Assembly (NCBI GenBank): GCA_963796165.1
Contig: CAWCKP010000008.1
Coordinates: forward strand, 144,463-208,462
Reading direction: 5' to 3'
Source of the DNA: an uncultured Acidobacteriota bacterium
GTDB taxonomy: Bacteria; Acidobacteriota; Terriglobia; Acidiferrales; UBA7541
Length of the DNA: 64,000 nt
Positions 1-10,998 of this stretch are shown here, in pieces (within the stretch, counting starts at the first letter, position 1; every line of letters starts with the position of its first letter). The notes under the pieces were generated by a model, which did not search any database, was not told the DNA's origin, and saw only the letters and a program-made list of their open reading frames with translations. The translations under genes and the position numbers were made by a program.

Positions 1-134
1 GACTTTCGAACGAAAGTAGGATCGGCGTTCACACTGTCGGCCAAGATCGCCGACGAGACTTCCTTGCCGTGGAGGTAACCCAGGGCAGCCATGATGTGCG
101 CGGCAACCGCAAATTGGACGCTTTTTACTGACAT
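1..134 (-). CDS. Rrf2 family transcriptional regulator (N-terminal 44 codons; gene runs off the window start)
   Basis: Own translation of the minus strand from ATG at 132-134 gives MSVKSVQFAVAAHIMAALGYLHGKEVSSAILADSVNADPTFVRK. This fits the Rrf2/BadM winged-helix N-terminus pattern (S..LA.SVN.NP..VRK). Confidence 0.55.
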   Translation of the reverse strand, partial: MSVKSVQFAVAAHIMAALGYLHGKEVSSAILADSVNADPTFVRK

Positions 135-298
135 ACACTCTCCTGCGCAATATGTGATGCTCAATAGCACAATTGGTTGCACTGTTTTTTTCCGGAACCT
201 CCTGCCTGGCGATCCCTGAACAATCCACAGGTTGAGTCGAATGGATCACGGGCTGACGTCGCCCCGATCCTCGCCGAGTAAATCTCTCTTGGGTATGT

Positions 299-880
299 TC
301 ACGCGATCGGGTGTCGACCGAACTCGACGGCGCGGACGCCGGGCCAAGGTCTTATAACAAGTCGCCGTACCGTTCGATTCTGGATGCGCTGCGAGGGTAT
401 TTTCTGTTGATTGCCTGAGCCCTTCCGCATATGAACCTCAGTTCCTCTCCGTTCAAAGGAAACTTCGTCCATAGCCCATTTCATTAAGAGGATGCCGCGT
501 CCGTGTTCCGCACCTAGGTTTTCCACCGCCAGAGGATCAGGAACCTTTTGGGGGTCGAATCCGTGTCCTTGATCTCTGACGACAATGAACACACGCTCAG
601 TGTCTTCGCAGTAGCAGCGGACATGAACCAGCTTGCGGGGATCCATGCGATTGCCGTGGAGCATCGCGTTGCTCACGGCTTCACGAAGCGCGAATGCAAC
701 GTACTCCTCGTTTCCGGGAACGCAACGGGATTCTGTGATCAGACTCATGAGCCAGTCCACCAACGGCGAGATCAGGGCGATCTCGGTCCGCAGCCAGGTG
801 TGCAGCTTCAGCGGAGCACCAGTGAAACGAGGTTTGCATAGCGCCGCCTGCAGAGATTTGAAACTGCCTACCCAAATCAC
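299..880 (-). CDS. HATPase_c-type anti-sigma factor / serine protein kinase (RsbW/SpoIIAB-like ATP-binding protein)
   Basis: ORF track, 193 aa. N-box-like EAVSNAMLHGN, G1-like VRDQGHGFD, G2-like GRGILLM. The exact start is uncertain. Confidence 0.7.
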   Translation of the reverse strand: MIWVGSFKSLQAALCKPRFTGAPLKLHTWLRTEIALISPLVDWLMSLITESRCVPGNEEYVAFALREAVSNAMLHGNRMDPRKLVHVRCYCEDTERVFIVVRDQGHGFDPQKVPDPLAVENLGAEHGRGILLMKWAMDEVSFERRGTEVHMRKGSGNQQKIPSQRIQNRTVRRLVIRPWPGVRAVEFGRHPIA

Positions 881-895
881 TATTACAACCTCCTT

Positions 896-1027
896 TCAGG
901 ACCTGCTGACCTTTCTGCCGGCGGCCCGTGATGAACACTTCGGCACTCCCTTGACGAAGGGTTTTGCCGTAGCTAACTCAATGCCTTCGGCGCCGCCGGT
1001 GATGACGGCGATCGTACCTTCGAGTTT
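896..1027 (-). pseudogene. short-chain dehydrogenase (SDR) N-terminal fragment
   Basis: Own translation gives KLEGTIAVITGGAEGIELATAKPFVKG..., a Rossmann TGxxxGIG-type motif. VFITGRRQK continues in another frame (ORF 681..938). There is a stop directly upstream of KLEG and no body of the gene. Confidence 0.45.
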
Positions 1028-1083
1028 TTAGGCATTGCTTTCCCCCCTTCTTGCCAAATTCTAACGCACTTTCCGGCTCTCAC

Positions 1084-1491
1084 TCAGTTGTACTTTGGGA
1101 AAGTCTTTCCGAACATTGGAGTGCCGCTCTTCGATTGCTCTTCTGTGGCCTCGTCCTGAATCACATCCCAATGCTCCACGAGTATCCCGGCCTCGATGCG
1201 CACAATGTCTACGGCAATCCAATTCACAGGAGCACCGAAACCGCTAAATCGCCCGTGCACGATCACGTTGTCTCCCTCAGCCACGATCGTTCCCGGTTCG
1301 TACTTGAACGTCAGCGGGAGGCTCTTGATGAGATCGAACAGACCCTCGCGACCCGGCGCGATATGCGCGCTGTGTTGAATGTAGTGAGGGGACCAGTAGC
1401 GCTCAGCCGCTGCGTAGTCCCGTTTGTTGAAGAGAGTGTCAAAAGCTTCGAGAACGAGTGCCTTGTTCTTTTCCTCTTTAGTCCGGTTCAT
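1084..1491 (-). CDS. SnoaL-like / NTF2-fold protein
   Basis: ORF track 1084..1518. The likely start MNRTKEEKNKALVLEAFDTLFNKRDY is preceded by GGGGGA 8 nt upstream. It has the typical SnoaL-like N-terminus and a VEHWDV motif. Confidence 0.7.
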   Translation of the reverse strand: MNRTKEEKNKALVLEAFDTLFNKRDYAAAERYWSPHYIQHSAHIAPGREGLFDLIKSLPLTFKYEPGTIVAEGDNVIVHGRFSGFGAPVNWIAVDIVRIEAGILVEHWDVIQDEATEEQSKSGTPMFGKTFPKYN

Positions 1492-1547
1492 TGAATTTTC
1501 CCCCGTAGGTAAAACCATGTTCTTCGCCGTCTGGAGGCGGCCTGGAA

Positions 1548-2294
1548 TTAGTGAGCTAGCTTTCCTCCATCCACCGCGATAGAGGAGCCAGTCATGTACG
1601 ACGCGTTTGACGAACCCACAAAAGCGATCACCCGAGCGATCTCCTCCGGTGTTGCCAGACGCTTGAGGGGTACGGTCGAGACGAGCGCCGCCTTATTCTC
1701 ATCTGTGTTGGTGAAGCGTGTGAGCATGCCCGTATCCGTAGTGCCCACAGCGATTACGTTTACCCGAACTCCAGTCCCCGCGACTTCCAGTGCCGCGGAT
1801 TTTGTCAGCCCCTCCACCGCATGTTTACTGGCCACATAGACGGACGCCCCAGCAGCGCCGACACTTCCATAGGTCGACGAGATATTGACGATACTTCCGC
1901 TCCCCTGTGGCAGCATCACCCGCAGTTCGTGCTTCATGCTTAACAGCACACCCAGTACATTGGTATCAAACGTAGCCGCGTAGCTCTCTGCAGTCTGCTC
2001 TGTTACGAGACCCGGTAATCCTTCCGTCCCGGCATTATTGACTGCGATGTCCAGGCGACCAAAACGCGCAACAGTCTTGTCGATAAGTGTCCGGATATCA
2101 TCGTCGTGTCGAACGTCGGCTTTTATGAATTCCCCTTCTGCACCGAGCTCGCGTAGTTCCTTCTCGAGCTTTTTGCCTTCCAGCTCGCGACGGCCGGAGA
2201 CAACGACGCGTGCGCCCTCTCTAGCGAAGGCGAATGCGGTGGCGCGACCGATGCCTGTCAGTGCGCCGGTAATCAAAACGACTGGTGAACTCAT
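1548..2294 (-). CDS. SDR family oxidoreductase
   Basis: 248 aa. TGALTGIGRATA cofactor motif, NNAG, and catalytic S...YVASK. Confidence 0.9.
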   Translation of the reverse strand: MSSPVVLITGALTGIGRATAFAFAREGARVVVSGRRELEGKKLEKELRELGAEGEFIKADVRHDDDIRTLIDKTVARFGRLDIAVNNAGTEGLPGLVTEQTAESYAATFDTNVLGVLLSMKHELRVMLPQGSGSIVNISSTYGSVGAAGASVYVASKHAVEGLTKSAALEVAGTGVRVNVIAVGTTDTGMLTRFTNTDENKAALVSTVPLKRLATPEEIARVIAFVGSSNASYMTGSSIAVDGGKLAH

Positions 2295-2467
2295 AGCACT
2301 CCCTCCGTTGATCTCGGCCCATGCAGGTTGGGCATGACTGAGAAGTCCGCCAAGCCAGCTTCGGGTAACTCAGATCACTTCGTTAGATGTGGACGACCGC
2401 TTGTGGTAGCGCCCTGGAGCATACTTTGTTAAGCTAGCATCGATGCCTCACAAGCATGGGAGTGAAA

Positions 2468-3370
2468 ATGGAATTACGACATCTCCACTATTTCGTCGCG
2501 GTCGCTGAGGCAGGAAGTGTGACCTTGGCAGCAGCGCGAGAACTGCACACGTCACAACCATCGCTAAGCCGGCAGATTCGAGATCTTGAGGACGAGGTAG
2601 GCACGCGACTCTTGACGCGCCGTGCTCGCGGCGTCGATCTGACACCGGCAGGTCGAGCTTTTCTCGATCACGCCCGCTCGGTGTTATCGCAGGTTGAAGC
2701 GGCAACCGAGGCTGCTCGCCGGGCCGCTCATCCCGCGAAGCCATGCTTCTCGATGGGCTTTCTGACCGGGCACGAATTGAGGTGGATGCCCGAAGCCTTA
2801 CGGATCTTGCGCGACGAGCTACCTAACATCGACGTGATGATATCGAGTCAATATTCGCCTCTGCTTGCGGACGGTCTTTCGAAAGGAAAAATCGATGCGG
2901 CCTTTCTTCGACGGGAACGAGGCACGCCAGACTTGGCGTTCCGCCTTCTCGTCAAGGAGCCGTTGATGGTGGTCTTGCCGAGCAACCACCGTCTCGCTGC
3001 ACTAAAAACCATCCGTCTCCAAGATCTGGTGGGCGAGACATTCGTGACTGTATCGCGCACGGCTCCTGTACTGCGTGGGGTCATCGACAACTATCTGAAG
3101 CGGTCCGGAATCAAAATCACGCCCGCTCACGAGGCGGACCATGTCACCATGGGCATGTCCTTAATAGCCTCGACGGGCGGCGTAGGGCTGTTACCTGCTT
3201 ACGCACAGAACTTTCTCCCTACGTTAGTAACGAGTCGCCCTCTGAAGGGAGATACGCCAACCGTCGATCTGGTGCTTGGGTACAGAAAGTCGAACCAGTC
3301 TCCCATCCTAAAGCTTTTGCTTTCGAAATTGGATGAGTTGGTGGCTCGTGTCTCGAAGCAGGCTCACTGA
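2468..3370 (+). CDS. LysR family transcriptional regulator
   Basis: [40 protein letters not shown] HTH region plus a LysR substrate-binding domain. Divergent from the SDR at 1548..2294. Confidence 0.9.
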   Translation: [300 protein letters not shown]

Positions 3371-3506
3371 GTGTTCGTGTACAGAAGCGTTAGGTTAGGG
3401 GATGACGTGTAGATCGCGAAGCCTGGTGTCATTTCAATGCCTTGTCCACCGTTGTGCAACAGTTTCCAGGCAATCTTGGCGAAAACTCTCCGCGCCTTCT
3501 CCCACG

Positions 3507-4274
3507 TCAAAGCTTCGATCCTCCGTCGACTGGGATGCTGGCTCCTGTGATCCAGCGCGCCCCGTCCGACGCCAGGAACGCGGCCACGTCAGCGACATCT
3601 TCCGGTTGGCCGATTCGCTTCAAGGCTTGCATCCCGAGCGTGGCCTCTCGACCCGCCTCGGTTTTCGTGAAGTTCGACATGTCCGTATCAATCACGCCCG
3701 GCGCGACTGCATTCACGCGAATGCCCTGGGGCCCGAGCATGGCCGCCCAGTTTTTGACAAGAGTCTCGATTGCTCCTTTGGTCGCCGCATAGGCAAGGAT
3801 CGAACGATTCTCCAAACCCGGTTTGCCAACTACGGTGCGGGCCACGGCCGAAGAGATCACGATAATGTTTGAGCCTTCTCCGAGAATGGGAAAGAGCTGT
3901 TGCACCAGAAAGAATGGACCGCGCACATTTGTCGCAAAGAGGTTGTCAAAGTCCTCCACCGTGTGATCTTTGAAGATTGCAGACTTGGTAATTCCGGCGT
4001 TGGCCACGAGCACATCCAATCGCTCGCCGACTAAAGAACGAACCTCCTTAGCCAGCAGTGTTGCGCCATCCGGAGTTCCCAAGTCTGCGCGGATCGCGTC
4101 TGCGCGTCCCCCGTTGGAGCGGATGCCAGTGACGAGGGATTCCGCTTCCTGTGCAGAGCGGCCATAGTGGACCAGGACTCGTGCGCCGGCCTTGGCAAGC
4201 GCGGATGCTGTCGCGCGCCCGATGCCTCGTGACGCCCCGGTTACCAGTGCTGTCTTGTTTTGAAGTGTTGTCAT
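3507..4274 (-). CDS. SDR family oxidoreductase
   Basis: MTTLQNKTALVTGASRGIGRA, NAG, YAATK. GGGAGGA lies 8 nt upstream of the chosen ATG. Confidence 0.9.
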   Translation of the reverse strand: MTTLQNKTALVTGASRGIGRATASALAKAGARVLVHYGRSAQEAESLVTGIRSNGGRADAIRADLGTPDGATLLAKEVRSLVGERLDVLVANAGITKSAIFKDHTVEDFDNLFATNVRGPFFLVQQLFPILGEGSNIIVISSAVARTVVGKPGLENRSILAYAATKGAIETLVKNWAAMLGPQGIRVNAVAPGVIDTDMSNFTKTEAGREATLGMQALKRIGQPEDVADVAAFLASDGARWITGASIPVDGGSKL

Positions 4275-4678
4275 TTGCATATCCTCCCAATTCACCGACC
4301 GCGATCATCTGTTCGTGCCAAGAGAATCAAATCGGGAAAGCTGCTCTTGTTCTAGCCCCCAAACTAATTGCATGCGCGAAAGGCTTAAGTCGGCATTTTG
4401 TTGCTCGCCCAACGCATCCAAGGTCGCTTCATCTGATGCGACGCTCCTTTTGCTGTCGCATCTGGAACAATACTTTGTAAGCTTGACAGTCATGCTTTCA
4501 GGGCATGGCACGCGAATTAGGGCCACGACAGAACCTGGTCTGCCGCAAAGAGTCCCTACTACCATGCAATCATCCAAATTAGGCAACCGATCGCAAACCG
4601 GCCACCGCGGCCGAATCTTCCTCGCGAACCGGATGTATAACCAACCAGGGGGCTCCCGCGGCTGGATCCCTGAGGACG

Positions 4679-4822
4679 TTAGATTGCATTTTGCTTCCTT
4701 TTCAAATCACCTTTCGCGAAGGAGGGAATCGCCGGAAAAAGGCGCGACGCGTTGCCCCCGAGAATGGCCCGTCTTTGCAAATCATTCAAGTCGGAGCTTT
4801 GCAAGATGCTTTGTTTCGCCGG
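4679..4822 (-). pseudogene. C-terminal remnant of an amidohydrolase-2-like gene
   Basis: Own translation gives ...SDLNDLQRRAILGGNASRLFPAIP... followed by a stop. (K/R)xILGGNAxRLF is a typical amidohydrolase-2 C-terminus. The open frame is only about 47 codons and starts right after a TGA. Confidence 0.3.
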
Positions 4823-4843
4823 TCATGGGAGGGATCCCCGTTG

Positions 4844-6393
<1,550 letters not shown>

Positions 6394-6476
6394 TTTCGAA
6401 TCTCCTAACGCGTGAGCTTTGATGTCTCCAAGAGCCGGTTTGAAAAAACTTTTTGTCACACCCCTCGTCGCCTGAG

Positions 6477-6737
6477 TCAAATGTTTACTTGATCGATCCA
6501 CCTTCGGACATGGAGAGAGCAATTTTCGAGCTTGATGCCATCGGCCTCGCAGCGGCGGAGAAATTTGACGGCATCCTGGTTGACGAGCATCACATCCCTC
6601 AAATCCAAACGGAGCTGCTGTCCAGAGGTCTCGCCGACGAGCAGTTGTGGAAACTGCTCGATATCCTCAGTTGTTTCGATCCGGTCGCTGAGTGTGAACA
6701 GAACCCGACCGTTCCCTGTTCTCCGAGCTCTTAGCAT
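6477..6737 (-). CDS. small conserved hypothetical protein (STAS-like fold suspected)
   Basis: 86 aa, RVLFTLSDRIE...LDLRDVMLVNQDAVKFLRRCEADGIKLENCSLHVRRWI. I recognise this pattern from small Acidobacteria/Planctomycetes proteins. The overlapping plus-strand ORF is less protein-like. Confidence 0.5.
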   Translation of the reverse strand: MLRARRTGNGRVLFTLSDRIETTEDIEQFPQLLVGETSGQQLRLDLRDVMLVNQDAVKFLRRCEADGIKLENCSLHVRRWIDQVNI

Positions 6738-6791
6738 GCAAGCTCCCCTTCCTTGAAAGAAGGCCGGTTCCTCGCCGGCCTCTTCTTGCCC

Positions 6792-7358
6792 TCATGCCTT
6801 CACGAATTCCGCCTCCAGAGTGATCGTGACCTCGTCGCCGACAAGAATTCCGCCGGTTTCCAGGGCAGCGTTCCAAGTCAGCCCGAAGTCTTTTCGATTG
6901 ATCTTGGTGGTTGCTGAAACTCCAACCCGCGTGTTGCCCCACGGGTCCTTGGTAGGCGGGGTTGGCCCTTCCACCGCAAAGCGGACCTTGTGAGTAACGC
7001 CGCGAATGGTCAGGTCGCCTTCGATCGCCAATTCACCGTCGCGGACGAGGCGGATGGTGGTGGACTTGAAGCGCAAGGTGGGGAACTTGTCCACGTCAAG
7101 AAAATCAGCGCTCTTGAGGTGAGCATCGCGCTGGCCGTCGCGGGATTCAATGGAGGCAGCTTCGATGGTGGCCTCGACGCGAGAGTTCTCCAGGGCCGAT
7201 TCATCCAGGGTCAGCATTCCTGACACTTTGGAGAAGTGGCCTTTCACATTGGCGATCATCATGTGCTTGACCTTGAATTCAGCGATGGTGTGAGCCGGAT
7301 CGATGTTCCAAGTGCTGGTTGCCGTTTGCCGTGTTGCGGTGTTGGTCATGGTAGTCAT
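6792..7358 (-). CDS. YceI family protein
   Basis: WNIDPAHTIAEFKVKHMMIANVKGHFSKVSG and TIRGVTHKV motifs. Confidence 0.85.
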   Translation of the reverse strand: MTTMTNTATRQTATSTWNIDPAHTIAEFKVKHMMIANVKGHFSKVSGMLTLDESALENSRVEATIEAASIESRDGQRDAHLKSADFLDVDKFPTLRFKSTTIRLVRDGELAIEGDLTIRGVTHKVRFAVEGPTPPTKDPWGNTRVGVSATTKINRKDFGLTWNAALETGGILVGDEVTITLEAEFVKA

Positions 7359-7439
7359 CCTTTCGGTTGCGAGAATTTACTTTCACTGCTTTAGATGTGT
7401 TACCACGATATTCGTTGCAACACATATATCCAAAAAAAA

Positions 7440-7901
7440 TTACTCCGGTTTTGCCCGGGCGGCAGCCAAAAGCTCCGCCAGAGCCCGGAGCCGTTCCTTC
7501 CCGAGGTGGCCCAACAGTTCGCGATGGACCTCCTGGACTGGTTGGTCCAGACGATTCACAAGTTTGAGGCCCTCGGGGGTGAGCCGTGCCAGCACCACTC
7601 GCCGGTCTCGGCGTTCGCGAGAGCGCGAAATCAGGCCGCGTTTTTCCATACGGTCCAGGAGCCGCGTGACATCTGGGTCACGGGTAATCATGCGGCTAGC
7701 TATTTCCCCGCAGGGGAGCGCCTGAGCTGCTCCCCGCAGGATGCGCAGGACGTTGTACTGCGTGAGGGACAGATCCTCATTTTTTAGTACCCACTCCGCC
7801 CCACGAGTGAGCATGTCGGCGGTGCCGAGTATATCCAAGAACGCTGCCTCCTCAGGACTTCCTTCTCGCCGGGCTTGAGTTGATCGAGCCACGACCACCA
7901 A
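7440..7901 (-). CDS. MarR family transcriptional regulator
   Basis: LSLTQYNVLRIL...GEIASRMITRDPDVTRLLDRMEKRGLISRSRERRDRRVV winged helix. Lies upstream of the YceI gene on the same strand. Confidence 0.85.
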   Translation of the reverse strand: MVVVARSTQARREGSPEEAAFLDILGTADMLTRGAEWVLKNEDLSLTQYNVLRILRGAAQALPCGEIASRMITRDPDVTRLLDRMEKRGLISRSRERRDRRVVLARLTPEGLKLVNRLDQPVQEVHRELLGHLGKERLRALAELLAAARAKPE

Positions 7902-8212
7902 ACTATTCGTTTAAACGACTATTGTCAAGACATATGTTTTAAGGGACATCATGGAAGCGGCGGTTGGATGCCTATCAGGAGGCATCTTCCCCCGGCGCAT
8001 TGCCTTGCAGGCACCGCTCACCAATCGCGGTCCCTTCTGCTAATACGCAGGGATGCTCTTCACAACCACAATCTTGCCATCCAACGAATCAGTTTTCTCG
8101 AATGACCGGCGATGGCCTTGGCTTCTTCCCAATTTGGCGTCCCGATATTCGACGGGTTGCCCGATATTGCCGGGCGAATCGCTTGGGCGCATGTAAGTTG
8201 TTGAAAAGAATG

Positions 8213-8233
8213 TGGCGGAGAGGGTGGGAGTCG
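8213..8233. repeat. 21-nt direct repeat identical to the 3' end of tRNA-Ser at 16613..16633 (putative att site)
   Basis: TGGCGGAGAGGGTGGGAGTCG occurs at 8213-8233 and again at 16613-16633 in the same orientation. It is also visible as WRRGWES in the ORF translations 7964..8416 and 16574..16765. Confidence 0.7.
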
Positions 8234-8263
8234 GTTCAAAGACCCCTCAACGCCCTCTGTAAG

Positions 8264-8480
8264 TCAAGTTACAGATTCTACGTTCCCGAGGATGCCATAA
8301 ATGCCACAGTTGCCGGGAAGCATCGCTCGATATCGCTCGACGGAATTTATGTGCCGGCGTTGAACGATTCTCGCATTTGTTCCTGCGAAATTCGCCCGCT
8401 TTGCCTCCGTGCCTGACCGCGTTCGAACTGCAGCACCATATGCAGAAGAATCTGCCCAAGAGCCGTAGGAGGCATGTTGG
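8264..8480 (-). pseudogene. possible degenerate tyrosine recombinase C-terminus
   Basis: ORF 8264..8485 reads ...VRTRSGTEAKRANFAGTNARIVQRRHINSVERYRAMLPGN. This loosely resembles LRHsfaTel...G.n.r.vQelLGH.s...T.RY..l of integrases, and an LRHT lies further upstream in the same frame. Weak similarity, judged by eye only. Confidence 0.3.
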
Positions 8481-8591
8481 AACATCGTTCGGGTCGAAAG
8501 TATGCGAGTATGGCGAAGGAGCGCTGGTCTGTGCTACTTTTCAGGGCGTTGAGTTCGGCGTCGCCAATATGTACTCCTCAGATTTCCTATC

Positions 8592-9605
8592 ATGACCAAC
8601 GACGATTTATTTCTCGTGCTGACCGAATCGCTGCAAGAAATGGGCCTTGCTGAGCCGGACGATAGGCCGAAGTACACAGCGATCACGGGCGGCGTTTCGT
8701 CCGATATCTGGCGCGTCGACCTACGCAATGGTTCCATTTGCGTGAAGCGCGCATTGCCGCAGCTTCGCGTAAAGAATGATTGGTTTGCGCCCGTAGAACG
8801 CAATCAGTCCGAGATCGCCTGGATTCGAGAGGTAAGTAAGTTCGCGCCGCAAGCCGTGCCGCGTCTGCTGGGAACAGACGACCGGCGCCACTTATTCGCG
8901 ATGGAGTATTTGCCGCCCGAAACTCACCGCCTGTGGCGAAGCGAGCTGCGGGATGGCAGGGCCGATCCGGCGATCAGCGCTAGGATCGGCACGCTGATCG
9001 CGCAAATCCACTCGGCAACCGCCGGTCGCAGGGAAATTGCTACCGAGTTTGCCACCGATGCCTTTTTTTACGCGCTTCGGCTAGAGCCTTATCTCCAGGC
9101 CACGGCTCGCGCACACCCCGAATTGGCGGATCGCCTGAGCGCGCTCGCGAAAACGACGGCCGCCTCGAGATACGCTCTGGTGCACGGCGATGTAAGCCCG
9201 AAGAACATTTTGATCGGCCCCGAGAGTCCGGTTTTCCTGGACTCTGAGTGCGCATGGTACGGTGATCCTGCGTTCGATCTCGCTTTTTGCTTGAATCACC
9301 TGCTATTGAAATGCCTGTGGGTGCCGCGCAGTGCTGCCCGCTTCCTGTCTTGCTTCGATGCGATGTGCGACAGCTATGTGGCCGGCGTCACCTGGGAAGC
9401 TCCTGCGAATCTTGAGGCGCGCGCGTCGGCGCTGCTCCCCGCGCTGTTCCTTGCGCGCGTCGATGGTAAGTCGCCAGTCGACTACGTCACCGATGAAGGG
9501 GACAAAAACCGAGTACGGCGCGTCAGCCGCGAATTCATCCTCGCACCGCCGCCCCGATTGGAGTCCGTACGCCAGCGATGGGCACTGGAGTTGGAAATTG
9601 GGTAG
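8592..9605 (+). CDS. phosphotransferase, APH/choline-kinase fold (methylthioribose-kinase-like)
   Basis: 337 aa with HGDVSPKNILI catalytic loop and DSECAWYGDPAFDLAF. Confidence 0.75.
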   Translation: MTNDDLFLVLTESLQEMGLAEPDDRPKYTAITGGVSSDIWRVDLRNGSICVKRALPQLRVKNDWFAPVERNQSEIAWIREVSKFAPQAVPRLLGTDDRRHLFAMEYLPPETHRLWRSELRDGRADPAISARIGTLIAQIHSATAGRREIATEFATDAFFYALRLEPYLQATARAHPELADRLSALAKTTAASRYALVHGDVSPKNILIGPESPVFLDSECAWYGDPAFDLAFCLNHLLLKCLWVPRSAARFLSCFDAMCDSYVAGVTWEAPANLEARASALLPALFLARVDGKSPVDYVTDEGDKNRVRRVSREFILAPPPRLESVRQRWALELEIG

Positions 9606-10881
9606 AGCCTCTATCGAACGCGTCAACGGCCGCCGACTTTGGGATTCCCGTGGTCGCCCCACTGTTGAAGTGGAGGTAACGCTAACCTCGGGCGCAAGCG
9701 GTCGGGCTCTGGCGCCGGCAGGGGCCTCGCGAGGAACCGCGGAAGCGATCGATCACCGCGACGGTGGCAGCCGCTTCGGCGGCCAGGATGTAACGCTCGC
9801 CGTGGCCGCGGTCAACACCGAGATTTCTGCGCAACTCCGTGGCATGGACGCGAACAACCAGGCAGAGATCGATGCCGCGCTCATCGCTCTCGACGGCACA
9901 CCGAATAAATCTCGGCTTGGGGGAAACGCCACGGTGGCTGTTTCCATGGCTGTGGCGCACGCGTCCGCGAATGCTGCCGGATTGCCTCTCTGGCGACATC
10001 TCGCCCGGGATAAGCAGGTTTATTTGCCTCTGCCCGAAATCCAGATTTTCGGCGGGGGAGCTCACGCAGGTAGACGCGTCGACGTTCAGGATTTCATGAT
10101 CGTTGCGGTAGGAGCAAGCGATTACACGCAGGCTCTCGATTGGAGCGCCGAGGTCTATCGTTGTGCGGGCGAATGGATGGCCCACGCCGGCCTGCTTCAC
10201 GGCGTGGCAGATGAGGGCGGCTTTTGGCCTGCATTCTCTGCAAACAGCGAGGCACTGGACGCTCTGGTCCGCGCGATCGAGCTTGCCGGTTTTCGTCCAG
10301 GTGAAGAAGTGGCTATTTCTCTGGACATTGCTGCGTCCGAGTTTGGGAGAAATGGTCACTACCGTCTAGGGCTGGAAGCGCGGAACATGGACAGCGGCAC
10401 ATGGAGTGACTTGCTACTTGAATGGTTGCGCCGTTATCCGATTGTGGCGATCGAAGATCCCTTCGCCGAAGATGATCTTGAATCCTTCACGCGCTTCACT
10501 GAGGCAGCGGGAAACGTGGCGGTGGTCGGCGACGATCTCCTGGTTACCAGCGCCGATCGCATCCGAGCAGCCGCTACGCGCTCTGCCTGTAACACGGCGC
10601 TCATTAAGCCCAATCAGGTGGGGACGTTAACCGAGACGAAAGCAGCGCTGGACGCTGCGCTGGAAGCTGGTTGGAACGCCATCGTTTCGGCACGATCGGG
10701 GGAGACTGAAGACGTGACCATCACGCATCTTGCTGTTGGATGGGGAGCGCCCATGTTGAAGGTCGGCTCGTTTGCCCGATCGGAGCGCATGGCGAAATGG
10801 AATGAAGGGCTGCGCATCGCGGAAGCCCTCGGCGGCCGTGGCGTCTTGCGGCCCCGGACTGCATTTCCATGGGGAAAATAA
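9598..10881 (+). CDS. enolase-family protein (phosphopyruvate hydratase paralog)
   Basis: IERVNGRRLWDSRGRPTVEVEV, APAGASRGTAEA, DGTPNKSRLGGNA, ADEGGF, LDIAASEF, AIEDPF, VGDDL, LIKPNQVGT, SARSGETED, LKVGSFARSER, AKWNEGLRI. A TTG at 9598 is in frame and overlaps the kinase stop by 8 nt. The start is uncertain. Confidence 0.85.
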   Translation: MGRASIERVNGRRLWDSRGRPTVEVEVTLTSGASGRALAPAGASRGTAEAIDHRDGGSRFGGQDVTLAVAAVNTEISAQLRGMDANNQAEIDAALIALDGTPNKSRLGGNATVAVSMAVAHASANAAGLPLWRHLARDKQVYLPLPEIQIFGGGAHAGRRVDVQDFMIVAVGASDYTQALDWSAEVYRCAGEWMAHAGLLHGVADEGGFWPAFSANSEALDALVRAIELAGFRPGEEVAISLDIAASEFGRNGHYRLGLEARNMDSGTWSDLLLEWLRRYPIVAIEDPFAEDDLESFTRFTEAAGNVAVVGDDLLVTSADRIRAAATRSACNTALIKPNQVGTLTETKAALDAALEAGWNAIVSARSGETEDVTITHLAVGWGAPMLKVGSFARSERMAKWNEGLRIAEALGGRGVLRPRTAFPWGK

Positions 10882-10998
10882 ATCCTCGCTCGACGGTTTC
10901 GCCGTTCTGGCGACCAGCCCAGACAGTGGGGCTAAACAGACTGCGGAAAAGCGAGTCGCTTTTCAACCTCGCCAGATCGTTTGAAGAGATCGCGGCGT

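Noticed and set aside
4305-4700. ORF 4305..4586 (93 aa, minus) and a 36-codon ORF (MQSNVLRDPAAGAPWLVIHPVREEDSAAVAGLRSVA) between the SDR and the GMC gene.
   Set aside because: No family is recognised, there are no convincing translation signals, and the region also contains gene relics. They may be further debris rather than genes.
7964-8210. Possible SDR C-terminal relic on the minus strand (…GTPNWEEAKAIAG… / …SLDGKIVVVKSIPAY stop) next to the att-like repeat.
   Set aside because: The similarity to the SDR C-terminal consensus (G.PeEiA.av.FLaSd.as.iTGq.l.vDGG) needs two frame changes and is weak. It is not reportable without a profile search.
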